From Nannocystales bacterium (GTDB lineage Bacteria; Myxococcota_A; Polyangia; Nannocystales; Nannocystaceae), in contig JBOEGF010000018.1 of assembly GCA_050633305.1 (NCBI GenBank), positions 512,001 through 576,000 of the forward strand: 64,000 nt of DNA, read 5' to 3'. Made by a program: the position numbers and the translations under genes. The notes under the pieces are model-generated. The model searched no databases. It saw only the letters and a list, made by a program, of their open reading frames with translations, and had not been told where the DNA came from. This document shows, one piece after another, positions 37,941-47,239 of this stretch. Position 1 is the first letter of the stretch, and each line of letters starts with the position of its first letter.

Positions 37941-38498
37941 CTAGTCGATTCGGCGGCCCCGCAGGACCTTGCGGCTCTTCTTGCGGGTTCCGGCCGCGTT
38001 GCGCTTGATCTGCAGCGTGGCATCGAAGCCTGGAGAGGCGAGGACCCAGCCACGCTCATTGAACTCCACGACGGGGGCTCCCAGGGGCCCCTGTGTCGTT
38101 CGGAGCCGATACAAGACCGTGCCATACCGGTTGGCCTCGGCCTTCGTGAACACGAGGGATGTGCCTTCTTCGAAGCTCACGGAGACCCAGTCCTCGCCCC
38201 ATTCGGTCGCGATGCCCGGTGTTCCTCGTCGGATGACGACCTGTTCGATCATCCGACCCCGGCGCACGATGATTCGGCCACCGTTGATTCGCTCGTTGCG
38301 TGACTTCGCCTCCCGCTCGAGCACGATGCGATGCGCGGCGAAGTACTGAAGCGAGTCTTCGGCGTCCGCAGCTCCGGCGCCTCCTTCGAGCCCGTCGCGT
38401 ACAGACTGCGAGAAGTAAATGCGTTGCGTACAGCCCACGCTCGAGATGAGCAGGCCCACCATTAGCCAGTGTTTGGCGACCACCACGTCTGCCACCAT
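37941..38498 (-). CDS. Hypothetical lipoprotein
   Basis: Signal peptide with SVGC; LQYF...IVLER; TPG; VSFEEG. Confidence 0.7.
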   Translation of the reverse strand: MVADVVVAKHWLMVGLLISSVGCTQRIYFSQSVRDGLEGGAGAADAEDSLQYFAAHRIVLEREAKSRNERINGGRIIVRRGRMIEQVVIRRGTPGIATEWGEDWVSVSFEEGTSLVFTKAEANRYGTVLYRLRTTQGPLGAPVVEFNERGWVLASPGFDATLQIKRNAAGTRKKSRKVLRGRRID

Positions 38499-38587
38499 GT
38501 TGCGTGGCGGGCGGCGGAGCCAGCGAGCTGCAGCACACGGTGACCCACTGCACGCTACCTGTGGGATCCATGCAACGGTTCGCGCGG

Positions 38588-39499
38588 CTAAGGAGGAGGG
38601 GTGCGAAGTTCCATCGATGCGTGGCTCTCTCCGGGCCCTGGTACGTCATACCAAGGGAGCCCCACGAGGTCGTTGCGTTCGAGTTCTGCGATGACCTCGG
38701 CACCGATGAGCACGATGATGGCCGCGACTTCGAGTCCGAGCAGCAGAACAACGACGGTCGCGAGCGAGCCGTAGATGACCTCGACCAGTGACAGGTTTGC
38801 GAAGTACCAGGCGAGCGCCGAGCGGGCGGCCTCCCACAGCACGGCGGCGACCACCCCACCGACGACGGCACGGCGGAACTTGACGTTGACGACCGGGAGC
38901 ACCCAGTAGAAAGAGGTGAGCAACAAGACGAGCCCGAAGAAGCCGAGCAGCTTGATGAGCGGGATGCTGAGCTCGGGGCCGCCGAGCCGCCGTCCGAATA
39001 GCATCAGGCCGGCGCTGGGAAGGGTGTCGAGCGCAACCATCAGCCCGGTGAGGACGAAGATGACCGCGGTCATCACACTGACGTACCCCAGCGGCAGGAT
39101 CGCCGAGACCCACCAGCTTCGAGCGTGCGCAGGACGGTCGCGGCGAAACACCGCCGCCATCGCGTCTTCCAGCATGCGGAACGCGAGGGAGCTGAACACG
39201 AGCATCGCGCCGACGCCGACGGTGCCGACGACCTGTTTCTGATCGAGGAACGCCTCGAACGCGGTGGTCAGGTCTTCGGCGCGCCCGGGCAAGATCGTTT
39301 GGGCCTGCGCCGCCAGCGTCGCCATGAGCTGGGCCTCGTCGAACACTGCGGAGAGTACGACGAGGATCAGCGCGATGAGGGGCACCATCGACAGCAAGGC
39401 GTTGTAGCCCAGGGCGCCCGCGAGTAGCAGACCGTTGTTGCGGCGGAAGTTGCCGAGGATCCGGCGGAGAAACCGGAGCAGCCGCCGGACCCACGTCAT
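38588..39499 (-). CDS. YihY/BrkB family membrane protein
   Basis: LAGALGYNALLS.VP, IYGSLA, LIGAE. Confidence 0.9.
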   Translation of the reverse strand: MTWVRRLLRFLRRILGNFRRNNGLLLAGALGYNALLSMVPLIALILVVLSAVFDEAQLMATLAAQAQTILPGRAEDLTTAFEAFLDQKQVVGTVGVGAMLVFSSLAFRMLEDAMAAVFRRDRPAHARSWWVSAILPLGYVSVMTAVIFVLTGLMVALDTLPSAGLMLFGRRLGGPELSIPLIKLLGFFGLVLLLTSFYWVLPVVNVKFRRAVVGGVVAAVLWEAARSALAWYFANLSLVEVIYGSLATVVVLLLGLEVAAIIVLIGAEVIAELERNDLVGLPWYDVPGPGESHASMELRTPPP

Positions 39500-40986
39500 G
39501 ACGGGGGCTCCTCGGGGGCCTCGAGCATTCCTGAGACGAGGGCCTTGCGAAGGAAATCGAGCACCGCGGATTCGACCCGGGCAGGCTCGTCGGAACAGGA
39601 TTCGGCGTAGGCCTCGATCAAGTCGCCGACGGTGTCGGTTTGGCCCGCAAGCTCGAGCAGTCGCGCGGCGGCGTCGCTGAGCTCTTGGTCTGGGACGCGC
39701 GCGCCCGGGCAGACGAGGCGAAGTCCAGATGGCGTGTCGTCCTCAAACGGCTGGGCTTGCACAAGCTGTGCGCCGGCAGGGGGACGAAGCCGTTGTACTC
39801 GTAGATCCTCAAGCGAAAGGCTCGCGATGGCGAGGGCTGCATCGAGTCGTGCCAGGTCGCGTGCGCCATAGGGCGAGCGACCCCGAGGTTCGACACTGAC
39901 CGCCCAGCTCGCATCGCCGGGTACCGGCCTCCGAACGACGACGAGTGCATGCCGAGTTTGCTCGATCTTCAGGGTGGCGAGGTGAGCCGCGTAGCGACGG
40001 GCCGCGTCGGCATACACGGGCCCCAAGGTGCTGTCGGCTGCCGCGGCGTACCCCAGCGCGAGTTCGTCGGCGCGGTGCCCGGGCGCGTCGACGACCGACA
40101 CTTGAAGAGGAACGTCGGGAAGTGCGGTACGAACTCGGTCGAGCGCGGACCCCTTCTCGGGCGCGGTGTCCATGAGCACGAGCGCTTGGCCACCAGGGCA
40201 GAGGACGTCAGGGAGACCTCCGAGGAGTCGCAGGGCCAGTTCGTCGCCGCGGGACCCACCATGGAGGTAGGTCGTGGCCTCGACGTCGGGCGGCTGAGGC
40301 ACGAAGGGCGGCTGCGCAAAAACGAGGTCGAAGCTCTCGCCCCGGACCGGTTCGAGCAGGTCGCCCACGCGAACGGAGATCTCCAGCTCGTTGAGGCGAG
40401 CGTTCCACGCGGTGAGCGCGACCGCGCGGGGGTCGAGGTCGATCGCCGTCACCGAAGTTGCGCCGCGGTGAGCGGCGACGAGGGCGAGCGAGCCGGCACC
40501 ACAGCCGACATCGAGCACACGCTCGGGCAGCGACCCCGGCAGGGTGTTCAGCAGTTCCTGGGTCGTCGCGCCGGGCCCCATCACCGGGTTGTGCTGGGCG
40601 TCCGCGTCGTCCGAGCCGATCCAGACGCCGCCGAAAGGGATGAGCCGAAGCAAGCTGCGCACCCGTTCGCCCTCCCGAATGAGGACCCCGCACGCCTCGA
40701 GGGCACCGGCCAACTCGGGGTTGAGGGCCCGCGTGACATCGTCGCGGCCCAGGGCGTCTCGGTACGCGAAGAGCCGGGCGAGGACCGCTCCGGGTCCGGG
40801 TTGGGTTGCGAGCGACGCCTGCACGAGCGGCAAACGGACCGCGTCGAACTGCTTCGGAGCGATGGACTCCGCCATCGACAGCATACGGGCGTCATAGCCC
40901 GCGGTTCGCAAGGCCTCGCGCAAGGCCACCAACTGGCGGTCCGACAGCGACGAGAGCGCTTCGAGATCCAAGAGATCGCCGATCAC
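39496..40986 (-). CDS. Class I SAM-dependent methyltransferase (HemK/MTS-like)
   Basis: VLDVGCGAG, GDL.EPV, QPPF motif; start approximate. Confidence 0.82.
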   Translation of the reverse strand: MIGDLLDLEALSSLSDRQLVALREALRTAGYDARMLSMAESIAPKQFDAVRLPLVQASLATQPGPGAVLARLFAYRDALGRDDVTRALNPELAGALEACGVLIREGERVRSLLRLIPFGGVWIGSDDADAQHNPVMGPGATTQELLNTLPGSLPERVLDVGCGAGSLALVAAHRGATSVTAIDLDPRAVALTAWNARLNELEISVRVGDLLEPVRGESFDLVFAQPPFVPQPPDVEATTYLHGGSRGDELALRLLGGLPDVLCPGGQALVLMDTAPEKGSALDRVRTALPDVPLQVSVVDAPGHRADELALGYAAAADSTLGPVYADAARRYAAHLATLKIEQTRHALVVVRRPVPGDASWAVSVEPRGRSPYGARDLARLDAALAIASLSLEDLRVQRLRPPAGAQLVQAQPFEDDTPSGLRLVCPGARVPDQELSDAAARLLELAGQTDTVGDLIEAYAESCSDEPARVESAVLDFLRKALVSGMLEAPEEPPS

Positions 40987-41270
40987 CGCGGGACAAGGGG
41001 TACCACGCCCAGCCTGCGACGGGTCCGCGGGCGGCCGTGGTGCGGCGTGGGGCGAAGCACGATCCGGCCGCCTCGTTCGTCCGCTTTCTCGCCGAGGACG
41101 GGCCGAAAGCTCTCGGTACGGCCGCTGGTGGGGCGTTTCGTCTACGAGGCAGAGCGCGCACGATCCGGCAACCCCCCGGGAAGGCGTCCAACGTGGGCCA
41201 CATGGTGGGTGATTCTCACGCCCGCCGCTCGTCCGCGAACCCACACCCTGCTATATAGCCTCACCGTCGC

Positions 41271-41894
41271 ATGGACGATTCCGTGGACCTCGATGCTTCC
41301 GATTCCGGGTCTGAGCCCGCCTTGGACCCGGCTCCCCTCGTGGGTGCAGCCGTTCCGCTGCGCCGTATGGCGTTGGCGTTCATCGCGGCGGTTCTGATCG
41401 TCCTCGTCGCCGGACTGACCGGGTCCGTCATCCGCGGACCCAGCGGTCCTTGGCTGGGTGAGTACTACGAAGGCAAGGAGTTCGAGGGCGACATCCGCAT
41501 CCGATACAGCCGGAAGCTCGAGTTCGACTGGGGCAAGGACCGGCCGTTCCGCGGCATGCCCAAGGACGAGTGGTCCGCGGTCTACACGACCTGTCTCGTT
41601 GTCGAGGAAGAGGCCGAGTACCGATTCCGAATCACGTCCGACGACGGCAGCCGGCTGTACGTCGATGACGAAAAGTTGATCGAGAACTGGGGAGCCCACG
41701 CCCCGCGGACCCGGACCGGGAAGCTGTTGCTGGAGCCCGGCACGTACGAGCTTGCCGTCGAGTACTTCGAGGCGACGCACGGCGCTACCCTCAAACTCGT
41801 CGTTGCGATCGGCGAGGACGGCAAGCACGAGACGCTACCTCCGAGCATGCTGCGCCAACCCTCCGATGACCCCGACGCCCGCTGCGGCGGTTGA
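41271..41894 (+). CDS. PA14 domain membrane-anchored protein
   Basis: FDWG, YRF...SDDGSRLYVDD, VEYFE; N-terminal TM helix. Confidence 0.85.
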   Translation: MDDSVDLDASDSGSEPALDPAPLVGAAVPLRRMALAFIAAVLIVLVAGLTGSVIRGPSGPWLGEYYEGKEFEGDIRIRYSRKLEFDWGKDRPFRGMPKDEWSAVYTTCLVVEEEAEYRFRITSDDGSRLYVDDEKLIENWGAHAPRTRTGKLLLEPGTYELAVEYFEATHGATLKLVVAIGEDGKHETLPPSMLRQPSDDPDARCGG

Positions 41895-42117
41895 GTCGGA
41901 CGCCCAAGCCCGGGCTTGAGCCACCGAATCGGTGCGCCGAGCGCCTCCGGGCAGCGCCCTCGGCGGCGGCCCCAGCTGGCGGGCGCGAAGGCGGCGCTTC
42001 TGCGGAAGACTCGAAGTCCTCGCCATTCGTGCCGCGCGACGGCCCCCGAGCGCTCGAGGATCCGCGGCCTACGGGTTGACCCTCTTACCCTCGCATTGGT
42101 AGGCATCAGAGCACTGC

Positions 42118-43146
42118 ATGGCATCGTCAGCTCTCACCCCTGTGACGGTCATTGGTGGCTTTCTCGGCGCAGGCAAGACGACGCTGCTCAATGCGCTCAT
42201 CTCGGGCGAAAGCGACCGTCGCCTTGGAGTCCTCGTCAACGACTTTGGGGCGATCAACATCGACGCCGAGCTGGTGGTCGGCGTCGACGGGGACATGGTC
42301 AGCCTTGGCGGCGGCTGCATCTGTTGCAGCATTCGAGAAGACTTGGCCAGCTCGATCATTGAGATGCTTTCGCGCGGTGACGCTCCGGAGCATCTCGTCA
42401 TCGAGGCGAGCGGGGTCAGTGACCCTGCCGCCGTGGCTCGAGCAATCGAGGGGCCACGGCTGCAAAACCACGTCTCGCTCGATGGCGTGGTGGTGGTCGT
42501 GGATGCCGAGGCTCACCTTGGCGCCGGATTCCGTCAGCGGGTGGTGATCGGGGGCCAGCTGAAGGCCGCGGACATCGTCGTGCTCAGCAAGGTCGACTTG
42601 TTGGACACCCCGCAGCTCGAAGAGGTCGAGGCCAAGGTTCGCAAGACCGTACCGCAGGCCCGAGTCGTCGCCGCTCGCCACGGGGATGTCCCGGCAGCGT
42701 TGGTGTTGGGGATCGGGACGGAGGCTGTTCCGGAACGAGGGAACCTTCCGGTGACCCTTCACCACGCCGGTGACGATGCGGTCGAACCCGACCACTCTGC
42801 TGCGTACACGACGTGGAGCTACACCACCGACGTGCCGCTGTCCCCCAAGCGCCTCAAGCGAATGATCAACACGCTCCCTCCCTCGGTGTTTCGCGTAAAG
42901 GGCGTGGTACAGGTGGCGCGAGAGCGAGTGCAGAAGGCGGTCTTGCACGTGGTCGGCCGTCGCGCGGAACTCGAACTCGGCGCGCCTTGGGGCGACATGA
43001 CACCCCAGTCGCGGTTGGTTTTCATCGGTGCCCCTGGGAGCGTAGACCCTGTGTCCCTGACAGACATGCTCCGCGGATGTGAGGCTCCCGCCTCCGAAGG
43101 GGACGAGTCTGGGGGCGTGATGCGCTGGTTCCGAGAACTCTTCTAG
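42118..43146 (+). CDS. CobW/COG0523 family metallochaperone GTPase
   Basis: GFLGAGKTT, GCICC, EASG, SKVD, R.KG C-terminal domain. Confidence 0.92.
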   Translation: MASSALTPVTVIGGFLGAGKTTLLNALISGESDRRLGVLVNDFGAINIDAELVVGVDGDMVSLGGGCICCSIREDLASSIIEMLSRGDAPEHLVIEASGVSDPAAVARAIEGPRLQNHVSLDGVVVVVDAEAHLGAGFRQRVVIGGQLKAADIVVLSKVDLLDTPQLEEVEAKVRKTVPQARVVAARHGDVPAALVLGIGTEAVPERGNLPVTLHHAGDDAVEPDHSAAYTTWSYTTDVPLSPKRLKRMINTLPPSVFRVKGVVQVARERVQKAVLHVVGRRAELELGAPWGDMTPQSRLVFIGAPGSVDPVSLTDMLRGCEAPASEGDESGGVMRWFRELF

Positions 43147-43268
43147 CCAGGCCGAAAATAGGCGGGCCGCGGCGGAACTTGAGGGGACGTGGGGCCCGAG
43201 AGGGATGGGCGGTTTCGTGCCTTGAACCTCCGCTGGGACGGGCGTCGGTCGTGGTCTACCATCAATCG

Positions 43269-44465
43269 GTGAACCCGCCGGACCCGAGCCCCGCCGCCGA
43301 GCCTGTTGCTCATCACCGAGTCTCGGCGTGGAAGATGATCGGCGCGTCGTGTGCTGCGGGCGTCTTGAACTTCGGCGTCTTCATCTCCGTGGACGGAGGT
43401 GTGGTCGACAATGGTGTGGTGATGGCGGCCTTCTCGTTGCTGGCCCTTGCACAGTTGGTATTTGCGGTGAGTGCGATCGTGTACGCGGTCAAGTCGCTTG
43501 TTGCGAAGCAAGGCGGGGTGGGCCCGCTCCTGCTCGGGCTTCTGGCCTCCTTCGGTGCTGCTTCCGGGTGGTTTGTTGGGTTGTTGACCTCGAGCCTCGC
43601 GGGGATGGGCGGCGCCTGGGGCCGTCCGCTACGGATCCGGGGCCGCCAACTCCATCCGAACCTGCGTGAGGGCACGGACTGGACCCGCGGTGATCGACCC
43701 GACGGAGCCGGCCTCGACGCGCCCACGCGCGAGGCGCTCGGGGCGTTGTGGCTGCATGACGCGCAGAAGGAACACGCATCCGTGCCCGCGTTCTCGCGAA
43801 TCTCGTGGATGCTCGCGGCCGTGGGGGCTCCGGCGGAGTTGATGGAGGGCGCACACAAGGCAGCGCTGGAGGAAATCGAACACACCCGGCTGTGTTTCGC
43901 GCTTGCGGCGGGCTACCAGGGTCGCTCGAAGAGCGTGGAAGCGATGCCGGATCTGTTGCTCGGTATGGACTTCGGCAAGGACCCGCTCATCACGCTCGCC
44001 ATCGAGAGTCTCGAGGATGGCTGTCTGCTCGAGGACTACAATGCAGACGTCGCGGCGGCGTGTGCCCAGGAGTGTCGAGAGCCGGTCACGCGGAGCGTGT
44101 TGGAGACCATCGCGATCGAGGAGCGGTCGCACGCGGACTACTCATGGGACGTGCTCGCCTGGGTTCTCGAGCGGGAGCCGGCCCGAGTCGGTGCCGCTGT
44201 CGAGAAGGCGCTGACGCAGCTCACTGGGTATCCACGGCCGACTGCGGTGAGTGACGACAAGCGTGAACTGCTGGCTCGCGCGGACGCGGATGCGTTGCGT
44301 GCTCATGGACGGTTGCCCGACGCGGTTTGGGCTGAGCTGTGGAGTGTGAGGCAGGCGGAGACGGTTCTGCGGGTGCGTGCGTTGCTCGAACGGGTTCGGT
44401 CGGGCGCTCAACCGGGTGTGTCCGATTCGCAGGGGATCCGTGTGGGCGGTCAGTCCGCGGCCTGA
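43269..44465 (+). CDS. Membrane-anchored ferritin-like domain protein
   Basis: GRP, EHASVPAF, EE.EH, EE.SH di-iron motifs. Confidence 0.82.
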   Translation: MNPPDPSPAAEPVAHHRVSAWKMIGASCAAGVLNFGVFISVDGGVVDNGVVMAAFSLLALAQLVFAVSAIVYAVKSLVAKQGGVGPLLLGLLASFGAASGWFVGLLTSSLAGMGGAWGRPLRIRGRQLHPNLREGTDWTRGDRPDGAGLDAPTREALGALWLHDAQKEHASVPAFSRISWMLAAVGAPAELMEGAHKAALEEIEHTRLCFALAAGYQGRSKSVEAMPDLLLGMDFGKDPLITLAIESLEDGCLLEDYNADVAAACAQECREPVTRSVLETIAIEERSHADYSWDVLAWVLEREPARVGAAVEKALTQLTGYPRPTAVSDDKRELLARADADALRAHGRLPDAVWAELWSVRQAETVLRVRALLERVRSGAQPGVSDSQGIRVGGQSAA

Positions 44466-44508
44466 GTGTTGGAGCCGTCACACGGGGTGGCGATGCTAGG
44501 CTGCGAGG

Positions 44509-45114
44509 ATGATGCTTGGTCGGGTCGTGAGCACTTCGTTCGTTGCCGCTGTGCTTGCCGGGTGCTTCGCAGAACCCGGTGGCGACAGCGACGCGGCGGG
44601 CGGGACCGCTGAGAGCTCGGGCACTGGAACCCAGGCGTCGAGCGGGGCTGAGCCCGTCTCGTCGTCTGGCTCGGGTTCCTCGATGTCGGCGTCTGGGACC
44701 GGGACGGGGGGTGGTACGAGCAGCGCCGGAACGAGCGTGGGCACCAGCGGGGGTGTCACGTCGGGCTCAACGGGGGAAACGAGCGGAGGAAGCACGGAGA
44801 CCGCGACTGGCCAGCAGCCGCTGGAGTGTGACGATGGATTCGGGGAACTCTCGGTCCTGACTGTGGGTGAAGCCCAGACCGTGAGCTTCTTCGATGCGTT
44901 TCCCCAGACCGAGGTCGGGGTTTTTCTCGAGCAAGGTGGGGCCGTGCTCGCATTCGAGTATGGCGATGTCGAAGCCGGGGGCGCCGGCTTCACCTGGACG
45001 TTTTCCGCAACGATTCCCGAGTCCTTCGTCCCGGGGCCGGCGCTCCTGCGGTTCAACGGACTCGGAGAGAACGGCGTGCCATTCGAGTCGAGTTGCGAGA
45101 TCGTGCTCGACTAG
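44509..45114 (+). CDS. Ser/Thr/Gly-rich lipoprotein
   Basis: Lipobox LAGC and low-complexity linker. Confidence 0.65.
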   Translation: MMLGRVVSTSFVAAVLAGCFAEPGGDSDAAGGTAESSGTGTQASSGAEPVSSSGSGSSMSASGTGTGGGTSSAGTSVGTSGGVTSGSTGETSGGSTETATGQQPLECDDGFGELSVLTVGEAQTVSFFDAFPQTEVGVFLEQGGAVLAFEYGDVEAGGAGFTWTFSATIPESFVPGPALLRFNGLGENGVPFESSCEIVLD

Positions 45115-45138
45115 AAAGATCCGGCTTGGCCGGTCGCA

Positions 45139-45930
45139 TCAAAGCGGACCGATCAGCTGGGCCCAGATCTCGAGCCCGCACAAGATCAGCATGTACGCGC
45201 CGGTTGCTTGCAGAGCGACGCGGCGCAGGGTCCACTGCGGCGCAGGGTCCTCTTCCGTCGGTTCATCGATGATGAAGAGCATCGGTAGGCCAACGATGAA
45301 GTAGACGGCGTAGCCCCACGAACCCAGCAGGAGCATCCGGGTGCGGTCCGCGTAGGAAAACGCGTCGGCGATGAGCGGGTTGGCCATTGCGAGGGTCTCG
45401 GCGACGGCCATGCCGTAGGCGAGGCCGAGCACGAGCAGGGCACGCCCCACGGGTTTCAAAGTGTGGCCAAAGCGGCGGTAGGCCACGGTCAGCAACACGA
45501 AGTAGCTGACGAAGTACGCCTGGGTCAGCGGATACATGAACAGCGGGACCCGGCCACCTTGCCGACCGACGACCGGGGACTCGAAGGTCCAACTCACGTC
45601 GAACCCGTATCGCATGCCCATGAGGTCGAAGAAGTACGCGGTGCCAAAGTAGGTTCCGCCCACGACCAAGATCGCCGACCAAACGTTGAGCTTGAACCAA
45701 TAGCTGCGCCACCACGGACGCTGCTTGTTCCGGTCTGCCATGGCCGGAACCACGAGCGCCGGAGCAGCGACCGCGGTGGAGAACGCCATGAACCCGATGT
45801 CGCCGAAGGTGTGAATCCATCCGGTGACCATCACCAGTCCGACCGCCGCCATCCACACCGGGGTGTAGAGCAGAAACAAGCGCTCCGCCCACGCTTTGTC
45901 GGGGTTGGCCGACAACCAGGGCGCGCTCAT
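45139..45930 (-). CDS. Cycloeucalenol cycloisomerase (CPI1)-like membrane protein
   Basis: WL..NP.K.W.E..FL.YTP.W, YW.K.N.W, G.YF.T.YFF...G..Y.F, matching plant CPI1 as recalled. Confidence 0.8.
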   Translation of the reverse strand: MSAPWLSANPDKAWAERLFLLYTPVWMAAVGLVMVTGWIHTFGDIGFMAFSTAVAAPALVVPAMADRNKQRPWWRSYWFKLNVWSAILVVGGTYFGTAYFFDLMGMRYGFDVSWTFESPVVGRQGGRVPLFMYPLTQAYFVSYFVLLTVAYRRFGHTLKPVGRALLVLGLAYGMAVAETLAMANPLIADAFSYADRTRMLLLGSWGYAVYFIVGLPMLFIIDEPTEEDPAPQWTLRRVALQATGAYMLILCGLEIWAQLIGPL

Positions 45931-46853
45931 GCGGACGTGCCGTGGGCTGAGAGCCAGGCGTGGGGTTTGGGATACAGGCGCCGGAAGAGACCATCATCCA
46001 TCCGGTCGAGCGCCTGCTCGACAAGCAGCGCGGACATGTCTTCGTCTCCGCGTCGGTCGTGCGCCCATCCCAGCAGTGTGAGCGCGAGCTCGGCGGAGGT
46101 TGTGTCCAAGGCCAGGCGCGTCCAATCGTGCAGGTCCGGTGGGAGCACCGATACATCATCGGCCGCAAACGCGACCATGAGCCGCACGTTGAGTCGGAGG
46201 ATTTCGAAGTACTCCCCCTCTGGCGCGGCCTGGAGGTCTTCGAGCGCGCTGCGGGCCTCGGCAAGTCTGCCCACCTGGGCGAGGAGCAACGCCTCGTTGA
46301 AGCGGTTGATCCAGGGCCAAGGCCCCGCTGCGTGCCGACGGGTGCTGGTCAGGAGTTCGCGTGCGCGCTGCACATGTTGGAGCGCTGTGTTGGGGTTGCC
46401 CCGCCGCATCTCCACACCACCGAGGTTGTGCCAAGCCAGGGCGCGAACCATCTTGGACGCAGTGCGAGCTTGGGCAAGTTTCTGGAGTTCGACCTCGGCT
46501 GGGTCGAGCTGCTCTGCGGCGACCATGGCGGCGGCAGCCTTGAGTCGTTCGCCGTGTCGCCACGCGTTACCCACCACACCCAGCGCTCCGACGTACAACA
46601 AGCTGAGCCAGGGCATACCGACCGCGAAGCACAAGCCAATGCCTGCCAATCCGAGTCCGCCCGCCGTGCTCAAGGCAACGGCCCGGCCGACCTTGTACCG
46701 CCACGCGGGGCGGACCTCGCCGTTGCGTCCGACGTAGACGAACTCGTCGCGGGCGGCGGACCGCAGCGAGTCGGACAGCTTCATCTCGGCGGGCTGCGTG
46801 GCGCGCTCACGGACCGCAAGGGCCCGGGTCGCTGCATCATCCTCACCGGTCAT
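45927..46853 (-). CDS. Membrane protein with TPR-like repeats
   Basis: Two TM helices, then AWHNLG...G....AL helical repeats; 4-bp overlap with the CPI1-like gene. Confidence 0.65.
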   Translation of the reverse strand: MTGEDDAATRALAVRERATQPAEMKLSDSLRSAARDEFVYVGRNGEVRPAWRYKVGRAVALSTAGGLGLAGIGLCFAVGMPWLSLLYVGALGVVGNAWRHGERLKAAAAMVAAEQLDPAEVELQKLAQARTASKMVRALAWHNLGGVEMRRGNPNTALQHVQRARELLTSTRRHAAGPWPWINRFNEALLLAQVGRLAEARSALEDLQAAPEGEYFEILRLNVRLMVAFAADDVSVLPPDLHDWTRLALDTTSAELALTLLGWAHDRRGDEDMSALLVEQALDRMDDGLFRRLYPKPHAWLSAHGTSA

Positions 46854-46891
46854 GCGGACCGAGAGTGGCCGGGCCGGGGTCCGTCGTCAAT

Positions 46892-47185
46892 TCACCGATG
46901 AGCGACGACCGACTCGGCCGGGCTGGAGCCGCTCACGGAGACTGCGACCAGCGCGAGGGCGCAGGCGCAGGCGCCGGCGAGTGTTGCCAGGCCCAGGGAG
47001 CGGCCACGGGCTCGTACCCACTGGCCCCAGCCGACGAACTCCAGGGCGACGGCCGCGACGAGCAACATCCCCGCGATCACGGTCATGGGTCCACGCGCTG
47101 CAAGCAGGCCGCACAGGCCGAGGAGGCCGGCAAGCATGGGGAGCAAGCGGACCGACCAGAACCTAACAGGCGTGTCGTGGCGCAT
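46892..47185 (-). CDS. Small hypothetical membrane protein
   Basis: Three hydrophobic segments; co-oriented with downstream genes. Confidence 0.5.
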   Translation of the reverse strand: MRHDTPVRFWSVRLLPMLAGLLGLCGLLAARGPMTVIAGMLLVAAVALEFVGWGQWVRARGRSLGLATLAGACACALALVAVSVSGSSPAESVVAHR

Positions 47186-47239
47186 GCTTCATGGGTATCG
47201 GAGCCGCAGCGGAACCCCAAAAAACCGTAGACTGCTGCC

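Noticed and set aside
41070..41150. Possible riboswitch or ribozyme upstream of the methyltransferase (CCTCGT...ACGAGG closure)
   Set aside because: No recognisable aptamer or hammerhead core; pairing of this extent is plausible by chance at this GC content.
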